Source: Oscillospiraceae bacterium (GTDB lineage Bacteria > Bacillota > Clostridia > Oscillospirales > SIG627). Taken from it: a DNA stretch of 64,000 nt. The first letter of the stretch is position 1. Every line of letters starts with the position of its first letter. A model generated the notes under the pieces. That model was not told the DNA's origin. It did not search any database and saw only the letters and a list, made by a program, of their open reading frames with translations. The position numbers and the translations under genes were made by a program. Where the stretch lies: the NCBI GenBank assembly GCA_015065085.1, contig SVQW01000001.1, forward strand, positions 104,258 to 168,257, written 5' to 3'. Below are positions 39,002 through 47,678 of this stretch, one piece after another.

Positions 39002-40279
39002 TTATTTCAGATGATTCTTGATTACCTGGGTCAGACCATCGATACACTTGTTAATGTGTACCTCTTCCCAAGAGGGATGCAGGAACAGACAAACGGTAGC
39101 AAATCTGAGGTCGTGTGCAACGGGACAGTGAGCCTTGGTGTAATCAACGGAAGCCGCATCGGTGTATTCCTTGGATTCGAAGGGGAACTGAGCGGAACCG
39201 AAGCCCTGATGCTCGGTGTAAGCTTTTTCGAGGTAAGCCTCGGGCCACTGGATACCATAGCAAGGAATTTTCATGGAGCCAAGCTCTTTAATGATAGCGG
39301 GAGCATCACAGTCAAGAGCATCTCTGTCGATAACGATAGGATACCACCAGTAGGAGTTCTTTCTCTCTTCGGTGTTAACAGGCAGCTTCTTGATACCCTT
39401 CATGCCGCCGAATGCCTTATCATACATAGCAGCATATTTCTTTCTTCTTGCAAGATTCCAGTTGTCGAATCTCTTGAGCTCATTGATACCGATGATAGAC
39501 TGGATTTCGGTCATTCTGTAGTTGAAGCCTACTCTTCTGTGGATGTAGGGGAGCTTTTCTTCCAGAGCGAGCATGCTCATTCTCTGCTTAACATCGTAAC
39601 CGTGGTCACGGAAGGAACGGCATTCCCAACCGATTTCTTCGTCGTTGGTAACAACCATACCGCCCTCACCGCCGGTGGTGAAGTGCTTGGACTGGCAGAA
39701 GGAGAAGCATCCTACGTCACCGATCAAACCGGCTTTAACGCCGTTGAACTCACCGCCGAAGCACTGAGCACAGTCTTCAACAACCTTGAGGTTGTGCTTC
39801 TTTGCAACAGCCATGATGCCTGCCATATCAGCAACAACACCGTAAAGGTGAACAACAACGATACCCTTGGTTCTGGGGGTGATGAGAGCTTCAATCTTGT
39901 CGGGGTCGAGAGTGTGATCCTCGGTAACATCGCAGAATACGGGGATAGCGCCCGCCTGAACAACTGCGAAAGAGGAAGCGATAAAGGAGTAGGATGTAAC
40001 GATAACCTCGTCGCCGGGGCCTATGCCGAGAGCTGCCAGAGCGATGTGAAGCGCTGCAGTACCATTGGTGCAGGAGATCGCCATCTTGGCGCCGATCCAT
40101 TCTCTCCACATTTCTTCAAATTCCATACCTTTGGGACCTGTCCAGTAGTTAACCTTACCGTTGATGATAGGTTCCTGGATATCTTTTAATGTTTCGGGAG
40201 CGAACTGGGGCCACATGGGAAAGCCGATTTCAGCAATACCGGCACCGTTCATTACGAGTTCTTCATTTTTGTTTGCCAT
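39002..40279 (-). CDS. DegT/DnrJ/EryC1/StrS family PLP-dependent aminotransferase
   Basis: SCTNGTAALHIALAALG..., FSFCQSKHFTTGGEGGMV (lysine block). The start is set at ATG 40279, after AAGAAAGGA. Confidence 0.9.
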   Translation of the reverse strand: MANKNEELVMNGAGIAEIGFPMWPQFAPETLKDIQEPIINGKVNYWTGPKGMEFEEMWREWIGAKMAISCTNGTAALHIALAALGIGPGDEVIVTSYSFIASSFAVVQAGAIPVFCDVTEDHTLDPDKIEALITPRTKGIVVVHLYGVVADMAGIMAVAKKHNLKVVEDCAQCFGGEFNGVKAGLIGDVGCFSFCQSKHFTTGGEGGMVVTNDEEIGWECRSFRDHGYDVKQRMSMLALEEKLPYIHRRVGFNYRMTEIQSIIGINELKRFDNWNLARRKKYAAMYDKAFGGMKGIKKLPVNTEERKNSYWWYPIVIDRDALDCDAPAIIKELGSMKIPCYGIQWPEAYLEKAYTEHQGFGSAQFPFESKEYTDAASVDYTKAHCPVAHDLRFATVCLFLHPSWEEVHINKCIDGLTQVIKNHLK

Positions 40280-40418
40280 GATTGTATATCCTTTCTTGTA
40301 TAAATATAGTTTCAATTGTCAATCAATAATCACATTGATGTCACAAGTATAACATTATTTATATATGTTGTCCATATAAAATTTACACAGACCTTTGCAA
40401 TTTAAAGATGTTTTTTAG

Positions 40419-40464
40419 TAAAAAACATGCATCCGAATGCTTTTTACGACACGGATGCATGTTT
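40419..40464 (-). terminator. Terminator of the GntR-ABC-sigma-r4 operon
   Basis: AACATGCATCCG...CGGATGCATGTT with TTTTTTAC on the minus strand. Confidence 0.75.
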
Positions 40465-40483
40465 GAAAAAGAAGAAAATGAAC

Positions 40484-40702
40484 TTACAGTGTTTTAATTA
40501 GTTTTTCTTGCAGATAAATCCTTGCACGGTCAAGGCGTTTTTTGGCGAGGCATTCGCTGATTCCCAACAGCGTTGCAATTTGCGAAACACAAAGATGTCG
40601 GACATCGTAAAGCACAATAACCTCACGTTGTTTACGCGGTAACGACTTCACGGCATTTATGATATTCAATTGCGTCGTAGTGAAGTCTTCGGATGTATAC
40701 AT
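40484..40702 (-). CDS. Stand-alone sigma-70 region 4 (HTH) protein, 72 aa
   Basis: LPRKQREVIVLYDVRHLCVSQIATLLGISECLAKKRLDRARIYLQEKL is a region 4.2 pattern. There is no region 2. A good RBS (GAAAGGAA) lies 18 nt after the upstream gene. Confidence 0.6.
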   Translation of the reverse strand: MYTSEDFTTTQLNIINAVKSLPRKQREVIVLYDVRHLCVSQIATLLGISECLAKKRLDRARIYLQEKLIKTL

Positions 40703-40719
40703 AATCGTTCCTTTCAGTA

Positions 40720-42990
40720 TCAGTAAAGCGTTGAATTGCGTTTGAGAAAATCAACGCGGACATTGTTGTCGGCATCCTGGTATTTCGCGTAATCTGCCAT
40801 ATATACCATATCGCTGTCGGGACTATACTCGACATCTCCTGTGTACAAATAGAGAACAACGCCTCTTTTAGGGAAAGACATGGAGTGCGAAACACGGTTT
40901 ACCGTGTCATTGAGGATGCGATCGATTTCTTCCCGGTCTGTAACTTCCGTAATCCGCAGCGGTTCCTCATCGGAATAAATCTGTACATCAATCTTTACGA
41001 TTTTCGCATTTTCTTTCGCCACGAGATTGTCGATTTCATCAAGGTAAGAATACTTTCTGAGTATTTCCAGGGTTCGTGTAAAGCCTGCAGGAATTGAAAT
41101 AGTCATGTTGCGCTCGTAATCTACGTTGTTTCTCATTACATCGTAGTCAGCAACGTCGACCGTCTGAATAGCCGTAACAAATGTTTTTTCGTTTTCAAGC
41201 GATGTTATATTTCCATTCAGATTGTACAGAAGCTCCAATGTGTATTGGGTGTTGTCCTGAAGCCCTTCAAAGTCGGTATTCTTGTAATCTTCAATAAGAG
41301 CCAGTCGCAATTCTTCCAGAACGTCCTTTGAGTATATCGCGAGTTTTGCAGGATTATCGCTGTATCTCAAAAGGTTAGAGCCCGGCTGTGCCCATACAAA
41401 TTCCGCGTCCTCCAGCACTGTTATTACAGGGTCGGAGTAGGAGGGAGAATCGTATATGGTTTTGTAAAGCTCATACATTTCCTCTGTCCTTGTGAAGTAA
41501 CTGCTTCGCAGAGGGCGTATCTCTTCTTGGTTTTTCATCATACGCACAACTACATGATTACTGCGTCCGAGATTGCTTAAAGCTATGTCATCGAAAATCT
41601 TCAATCCGCTGTAGCTCACCGAGTTTTCCGGCCCGTTGAACAAATACGAATAGTTGCCGTTTCGTATCTGTTCATGAAGCATGGTATACAGCTTTATGGC
41701 CGCTTCCTTTTCCTCATCCGATTCCATTCTGCTCAGACAGAATTCACGCTCATCGACAGTGTAATAGTTTTGCGTTATTACACTGTGATTGAGTGAAACC
41801 TCAACATAATCTACCTGAGATAACGCGGGCTCACGGTAACGGAATATACCGAATATGTCAATTACTATAACCACAAACACAACAATGAATATGAGAGCCG
41901 ACCATAAAAGTCTCAAAGGCTTTTTAAAGATTGCTTTGACGTCTCTTTCAAATATGATGTTGAGCACCATAAATGAAACTACAAGACCTATAACAGAGCC
42001 TACGATTATATTTATCACAGAGCGGTCTGAAACGGCATAGAAGAACAGTCCGCCCGCAAAAGCGACTATGAAGCAGTACATGTACTGCAAAATAAGGCGC
42101 AGAGGCTTGAATACTATGGCGCTGCTCCAGCTTTCGGCAGGGCGTATGTTGCAGATAAAGCATCCCAATGCGCCGATAATTACGGAGGATATTACTGCCA
42201 TGACGTATGTCCATACGGTAGGAGCAAGTTCGTTGTACACGAGTATACGTACAATGGGTGTGATTGGCAGTATGTCCTTCAGTATTTTTTCAGAAAAATC
42301 AATTATGTCATTGTTGAAGATTTCTGCCGATGCCAAAAGCATTGCCAAGAATACGATGGGGTAAAAATTGATGGTGCCGTATACTACCAACGCGTTTATT
42401 CCGTTGCTTGTGAGAAGCACCGCCACTGTTCCTATGGCAAAGAAGAGCAGGAAAAACGCCAGATTGTTGCCCAGCATGGCAAGCATTCCGTTGTTTTCGG
42501 CAGACATAAATAAAAGCTTTGATATATTCAGGAACTTCCACGATCCCATTATGTTAAGACCGACTATTGTCACAACGGAGGTGAACAGCAGAGGGATAAC
42601 GTAATAAATGACACCCGAAATGAAGTTTGCAATGTAGCACTCCGTGCGCGTCAGCGGCAGGGAAAGGAAAAAGTCAGCCGAATTTTTCTTCCTGAAATGG
42701 AAGAAAAGTACATAAGCCAGAACAAGTCCCGCAACTGCGGCGATAAGGCTGAGAAAAATTGAATAGTACTCATCTGTCAAGTCAAAAATGCTGCGTAACT
42801 GACGTTCGACAGTTCTGGCATAATCCATTTTTTCGATACCGATGCGGTTGTCAAAACGGTCCATATAATCGCCGATTTCCATAAACACGGGAATGGGACC
42901 GCATATCAGCATAACTACCGTCAGAAGAATGATTATGGAACGTCCGATTTTAAGATTGTGACGGATGTATTGAGAAATGTTCTTAAACAT
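40720..42990 (-). CDS. Polytopic membrane protein (ABC-2-type permease-like N-half) with a ~360-aa C-terminal extracytoplasmic domain
   Basis: About 10 hydrophobic segments lie in residues 1-390, followed by a soluble domain with no motif I recognise. The start overlaps the ABC ATPase stop. Confidence 0.7.
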   Translation of the reverse strand: MFKNISQYIRHNLKIGRSIIILLTVVMLICGPIPVFMEIGDYMDRFDNRIGIEKMDYARTVERQLRSIFDLTDEYYSIFLSLIAAVAGLVLAYVLFFHFRKKNSADFFLSLPLTRTECYIANFISGVIYYVIPLLFTSVVTIVGLNIMGSWKFLNISKLLFMSAENNGMLAMLGNNLAFFLLFFAIGTVAVLLTSNGINALVVYGTINFYPIVFLAMLLASAEIFNNDIIDFSEKILKDILPITPIVRILVYNELAPTVWTYVMAVISSVIIGALGCFICNIRPAESWSSAIVFKPLRLILQYMYCFIVAFAGGLFFYAVSDRSVINIIVGSVIGLVVSFMVLNIIFERDVKAIFKKPLRLLWSALIFIVVFVVIVIDIFGIFRYREPALSQVDYVEVSLNHSVITQNYYTVDEREFCLSRMESDEEKEAAIKLYTMLHEQIRNGNYSYLFNGPENSVSYSGLKIFDDIALSNLGRSNHVVVRMMKNQEEIRPLRSSYFTRTEEMYELYKTIYDSPSYSDPVITVLEDAEFVWAQPGSNLLRYSDNPAKLAIYSKDVLEELRLALIEDYKNTDFEGLQDNTQYTLELLYNLNGNITSLENEKTFVTAIQTVDVADYDVMRNNVDYERNMTISIPAGFTRTLEILRKYSYLDEIDNLVAKENAKIVKIDVQIYSDEEPLRITEVTDREEIDRILNDTVNRVSHSMSFPKRGVVLYLYTGDVEYSPDSDMVYMADYAKYQDADNNVRVDFLKRNSTLY

Positions 42991-43915
42991 TCATTTCACC
43001 TCCCGTAAATGCCGTAAGTCCTTTTGCTTTAAGTTCGTAACAGAAGATTTCATCCAGTGTAAGGCGTATGGGCTCAAAATAAGATACCGTGCTTCCGTTA
43101 TCTTCGCAGTACGCACGGAATTTGCTTTCTATCTCATCAGCCGCACCGGGCGCAATAAAGCTGTAAAGCTTGCCCTTGTTTGTCAGAGAAGATATTTCTA
43201 TATCCTGCGGAATGATACTTTCCGGGGCATTTTCTATAACCGTCTGATAACGGAAAATGTTGTCCTTTATATCGTCAAGTGAACGGTTTATAACCAGTTT
43301 GCCGTTGTCGATAAGCGCTATGTGGTCGCAAAGATCCTCCAGCTCGTACAGATTGTGCGAGGACAGTATGACCGTAGCACCCTGCTCAGCTACATAAGCC
43401 ATCAGCTCACGCTTGGCATAACCTCTCATAAGCGGGTCGAGGCCGTCAAAGGTTTCGTCGCATAACATATACTTGGGCATGGTTGAAAGAGCCAGTATCA
43501 CTTCGCATTGACGAAGCATTCCTTTTGAAAATGTATTAAGCAAACGTTTTTTGTCCAGCCCGAAATTACCCACCAGTTTTTCAAAATATTCATCCGAAAA
43601 GTTGGGGTAAAACCTTTTGTGAAACTCCGCACACTGTAAAAGATTTGCGGATTTGAAAAAATAATGGTCGTCCGGCAGGTAGGATAGTGTTTGCTTCAGC
43701 TCTCTGTTATCAAACACACCGTTACCGTCAATGAGTACCTTTCCGCTATCCGGTCTGTAAACCCCTGCAAGTATTCTCAGAAGTGTTGATTTTCCTGCGC
43801 CGTTTGTGCCGACAAGTCCAAGTATAGATCCGTTATTTATATTAAGATTTATATCATCCAGTGATTTTACACCGCTGGAAGGATAGGTTTTTGATATGTT
43901 GATTATTTCAATCAT
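42983..43915 (-). CDS. ABC transporter ATP-binding protein
   Basis: Walker A GTNGAGKST, an atypical signature FSKGMLRQ and Walker B YMLCDETFDGLD. The start is set at ATG 43915, after GGAGGTG. Confidence 0.85.
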   Translation of the reverse strand: MIEIINISKTYPSSGVKSLDDINLNINNGSILGLVGTNGAGKSTLLRILAGVYRPDSGKVLIDGNGVFDNRELKQTLSYLPDDHYFFKSANLLQCAEFHKRFYPNFSDEYFEKLVGNFGLDKKRLLNTFSKGMLRQCEVILALSTMPKYMLCDETFDGLDPLMRGYAKRELMAYVAEQGATVILSSHNLYELEDLCDHIALIDNGKLVINRSLDDIKDNIFRYQTVIENAPESIIPQDIEISSLTNKGKLYSFIAPGAADEIESKFRAYCEDNGSTVSYFEPIRLTLDEIFCYELKAKGLTAFTGGEMNV

Positions 43916-44300
43916 TTTTAATGTCACCTCCACAGTAACCTTTGTGAATTGCAGTTTCCAGCTCCGCCATGTCTATTCCTAAATCTTTAGCCTCCTTTGC
44001 TGCTATGTGAAGCTTTTTCAGGATTTCTGATTTTTTTGCTTCCAGAATGCTTGAGCCGATGATGGAAACAAAACATCCTTTTCCCAGAACAGTGTAGGTT
44101 ATTCCCTGACGCTCCAGCTCGCTGTATGCCTTCTGAATTGTGTTGGGATTTATACCTAATTCCGCCGCCAACGCTCTGACCGAAGGAAGTTGCTCATCCT
44201 CGGTAAGTATCCCTCGCATTATTTGATCCTTTATCGATTCCACAAGCTGTTCGTAAATAGGTCTTCGGTCGCGGAAATCAACGTTTATCATTGTAGCCAT
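43908..44300 (-). CDS. GntR family transcriptional regulator, short YtrA subfamily
   Basis: RPIYEQLVESIKDQIMRGILTEDEQLPSVRALAAELGINPNTIQKAYSELERQG, with a short C-terminal tail (130 aa total). Confidence 0.85.
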   Translation of the reverse strand: MATMINVDFRDRRPIYEQLVESIKDQIMRGILTEDEQLPSVRALAAELGINPNTIQKAYSELERQGITYTVLGKGCFVSIIGSSILEAKKSEILKKLHIAAKEAKDLGIDMAELETAIHKGYCGGDIKND

Positions 44301-44329
44301 ACTTTCACCCCTTTTCGCAATGACGTAAG

Positions 44330-44377
44330 TGTACTATTCGTGTTAGTACAGTTGTATGATATCATAAAAAATTGTGT
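44330..44377 (-). promoter_or_regulatory. Promoter and candidate YtrA-type operator of the GntR operon
   Basis: Minus strand: TTGACA, a 17-nt spacer, TATCAT, then the perfect inverted repeat TGTACTA-n7-TAGTACA (44330-44350) around the predicted transcript start. Confidence 0.55.
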
Positions 44378-44486
44378 TTGTCAATAGTTTTGGAAAAAAA
44401 TGATAAAAAAATATTATGTTGGCGGGAATTATTTTTTCTTTAATGTGCAAACTAAAGACACAACAACGAAAGGAAAGTGAAATAAT

Positions 44487-44813
44487 ATGCCTAAATTAAG
44501 CTGTACCGTTACCGATTGTACTCATAATAAGGATAACCTTTGCTGTCTTGACGCAATAAAGGTTGGAAAGATGAACGCAGTTCAGACCTGCGATACCGAG
44601 TGTGACAGCTTTTCTCAGAAGGATGACATTGTGAAGAAGTTCATTTCTTCCGTTGAAAAGCCTGTAAGTGACCTGTATATCGAATGCGATGCGAAGCATT
44701 GTGATTACAATGCCGACAACAGCTGTACCGCTGCCGATGTTCACATTTGCGGCAATAAGTGCTGTACTTGCTCCGATACACAGTGCGACACATTCAAATG
44801 CAGCGATAAATAA
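44487..44813 (+). CDS. DUF1540 domain protein (two Cys-rich repeats)
   Basis: CTVTDCTHNKDNLCCLDAIKV...TCDTECDSF and IECDAKHCDYNADNSCTAADVHICG...TQCDTF. Confidence 0.8.
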   Translation: MPKLSCTVTDCTHNKDNLCCLDAIKVGKMNAVQTCDTECDSFSQKDDIVKKFISSVEKPVSDLYIECDAKHCDYNADNSCTAADVHICGNKCCTCSDTQCDTFKCSDK

Positions 44814-44991
44814 AAAGGGATAATATACGGTTTAGCCAAATCCGCAGACGAAAAAGCTTTCGTCTGCGGTTATTTTTTTACATAGGTTTTTACTTTATCT
44901 TATGGTTGATATTTTGCATTTTTTTGGTCAATATTGATATTGATTTTATCATTTATGTGTGATATAATTACATCTCGATGAATACTGAATT

Positions 44992-45921
44992 ATGAAAGGT
45001 ACATATTGTATGACAATAACAAACGCTTTGCTGCTGGTGCTGACTACCGTGGCAGTTGTTACTGCCGAATCCTTTAATAATCTGTTCGGCAAAAAAATGG
45101 TTAAAAAAAGCACGGATATTACCCGCTTTACCATGATAACCTCAGTGTGCTCCATTCTTACTTTTGTTGTATTGGGACTTTTTTCGGGCGGATTGGAAAT
45201 TCCCACGCTGTATACTTTGATGATGGGCGGTATTTTCGGTCTCATACTCACCGGGTTTCAGCTTGCACTCTACCGTGCACTGGGGCTGGGTTCCTTTGCT
45301 TATACAACGCTCCTTTCCTCCTGCGGTATGGTTATTTCCGCACTGTTTGGAGTGGTATGGTTTCACCAGAGCATCAATGTTTTCCAGGTGATAGGTGTTG
45401 TTTTAATGCTCATTATGTTTTATTTCAACGCCAACCCGAAGAAGAATGAAAGCGTAAGTGCAAAGTGGCTGTTTTTCGCAATAATCGTATTCTTCCTCAA
45501 CGGCGGCTTCGGAGTTATGCAGACAGTTTTTCAAGCATACGTTCCCGATGGAGAACCGCAGATGAACGAGTTCCTTATCGTTGCGTTTGCAATTTACGCA
45601 GTTGCGTCGTTCCTGAGTGTGCTCAAGAACGAAAAATCTGTTTCAAAGGTGTTTTCAATCAAGCCTGCTACTGTTGCAATAGCATCGGTGGTGGGTGTGG
45701 GAACGGCAATAAACCACAGTGTCAATCTTTATCTTTCCGGTGTTATGGACAGCATCATATTTTTCCCTATTGCAAACGGAGGATGCTTGATATTCTGTAC
45801 ACTTGTTTCAGCGGTTATATTTAAGGAACGATATAATGCCAAGCAGTATGCAGGTCTTGTGCTGGGTATAGTTGCGATTCTTCTTCTGAGCAATGTAATG
45901 AATAATTTTATAAATGTATAA
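44992..45921 (+). CDS. Integral membrane protein, EamA/DMT-like
   Basis: About 10 hydrophobic helices in two halves. An alternative start is ATG 45010. Confidence 0.55.
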   Translation: MKGTYCMTITNALLLVLTTVAVVTAESFNNLFGKKMVKKSTDITRFTMITSVCSILTFVVLGLFSGGLEIPTLYTLMMGGIFGLILTGFQLALYRALGLGSFAYTTLLSSCGMVISALFGVVWFHQSINVFQVIGVVLMLIMFYFNANPKKNESVSAKWLFFAIIVFFLNGGFGVMQTVFQAYVPDGEPQMNEFLIVAFAIYAVASFLSVLKNEKSVSKVFSIKPATVAIASVVGVGTAINHSVNLYLSGVMDSIIFFPIANGGCLIFCTLVSAVIFKERYNAKQYAGLVLGIVAILLLSNVMNNFINV

Positions 45922-45934
45922 AGGAGTTTATGTT

Positions 45935-46279
45935 ATGCAGGTATTGTTTTTTGTAATCAATCGTCTTGACAAAATTGATGAGCTTCTGGAAAGATTCAAC
46001 GAAGCCGGATTGAAGGGAGCTACCGTCATCAATTCCACCGGTATGGCCCATGCTTTGGCAAATCATCACGAGGATGATCTTACTTTTGCTTCTCTGCGTG
46101 CGTTTTTTGTGGGAAACCGCGAGGATAACCGCACTATTTTTATGGTGGCGGACGATAAGGCTGTGGAAATCGCAAGAAATATTTTCCATGAGGTGATTGA
46201 TGTGACACAGCCGGATTCCGGTATAGTTTTCGGTATGCCGGTAACTTTTGTTGATGGCATTTCTTCACTTGAGGATTGA
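45935..46279 (+). CDS. Small P-II-like (ferredoxin-fold) regulatory protein
   Basis: MQVLFFVINRLDKIDELLERFNEAGLKGATVINSTGM. RBS AAGGAG upstream. Its stop overlaps the antiporter ORF. Confidence 0.5.
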   Translation: MQVLFFVINRLDKIDELLERFNEAGLKGATVINSTGMAHALANHHEDDLTFASLRAFFVGNREDNRTIFMVADDKAVEIARNIFHEVIDVTQPDSGIVFGMPVTFVDGISSLED

Positions 46280-46296
46280 TGGGGGAGTTATTTTGT

Positions 46297-47484
46297 ATGG
46301 AATTTAATACCCTTGTTTATATAGCGATTCTTCTTGCTGCGGGGCTTTTGTGCGGAAGACTTGTAAAGCTTATAAAGCTTCCCAATGTAACAGGTTACCT
46401 GTTGGCGGGTCTTCTTTTGGGGCCTTATGTTTTTAAGATACTTCCCGAAAATGTGGTTTCGGATTTTTCTGTTGTTTCTGATATGGCGCTTGCGTTTATC
46501 GCTTTTACCATAGGTCTTACGTTTAAGCGCTCGTATTTTAAACGTGTCGGTATGATGCCGGTGATAATAGCATTTTTTGAGGCACTTGTTGCGGTATTTC
46601 TGGTTCAGTTCGTGCTTATTGCCTGCGGCTTTGATAAAGCATTTTCCATAGTTCTGGGTGCTATCGCCGCGGCTACTGCACCGGCTGCAACCATTATGGT
46701 AATAAAGCAGTATAAGGCAAAGGGACCGGTTACCGAGACACTTCTCAGCGTTGTTGCAATTGATGACGCGGTGGCGCTTATGGCGTTTGGTTTTTCCGTT
46801 ACGATTGCCAATTCCATGAACGGGAACGGCGGCAGTATACTCATGTCCGTGCTTCAACCGTTTATTGAAATCGGTCTTTCTGTGCTTATTGGTGCTGTTG
46901 TGGGGGTATTTATGCTTATTCCCATGAAGTACTTCAAAAAGACTTCAAACCGCCTTTCCATAGCTGTTTGCGCAGTATTTCTTTCCAGTGGTGCTGCTTC
47001 CATGTTTGGAGCTTCGGCACTTTTGACCACCATGGTTACCGGTATGGTATTCTGCAACATTTCCAATGAAAGTGACACCGTCGCAAATATCGCCGACAAT
47101 GTTACTCCGCCCATTTTTATGATGTTCTTCGTTATTTCGGGTGCGCAGCTTAATGTAAGTATAATCCCGCAGATAGGAATTGTGGGAATACTTTACCTTG
47201 TTGTAAGAGTTGCCGGAAAAATGCTGGGTTCCTACATCGGTGCAAAGCTTACCCATGCACCCGATAAGGTTTGTAAGTACATAGGTCCCACGTTGATCCC
47301 TCAGGCAGGTGTTGCAATAGGATTAACCATTGTCGCTCAGACATCTGTACCTCAATATGCGGACGTAATACGCGCTGTAATACTTTGCGCTACACTGATC
47401 TACGAAATCATAGGTCCTGTAATTACAAAAATAGCTCTTGTGAAGGCGGGCGAAATAAAATCTGACATCGTCGGTGCAAAATGA
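46297..47484 (+). CDS. Cation:proton antiporter (CPA family, Na+/H+ exchanger fold)
   Basis: LLCGRLVKLIKLPNVTGYLLAGLLLGP, with 11-12 TM segments. Confidence 0.85.
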   Translation: MEFNTLVYIAILLAAGLLCGRLVKLIKLPNVTGYLLAGLLLGPYVFKILPENVVSDFSVVSDMALAFIAFTIGLTFKRSYFKRVGMMPVIIAFFEALVAVFLVQFVLIACGFDKAFSIVLGAIAAATAPAATIMVIKQYKAKGPVTETLLSVVAIDDAVALMAFGFSVTIANSMNGNGGSILMSVLQPFIEIGLSVLIGAVVGVFMLIPMKYFKKTSNRLSIAVCAVFLSSGAASMFGASALLTTMVTGMVFCNISNESDTVANIADNVTPPIFMMFFVISGAQLNVSIIPQIGIVGILYLVVRVAGKMLGSYIGAKLTHAPDKVCKYIGPTLIPQAGVAIGLTIVAQTSVPQYADVIRAVILCATLIYEIIGPVITKIALVKAGEIKSDIVGAK

Positions 47485-47678
47485 TTATACGAAAAAAGAA
47501 CTGCAATATCGAGTTGCAGTTCTTTTGTTTTTATATAATTAACAAGTTTACTGTTTTTTTAAAAAACATATACAGGGAATTTATATATTGGTCTTGTTGT
47601 GTCACATTTTATACACGCGAAGTACATATAAATGTGTAAAATATTATACGTGAATAAATTTTGGGAAAGGAAAATACC

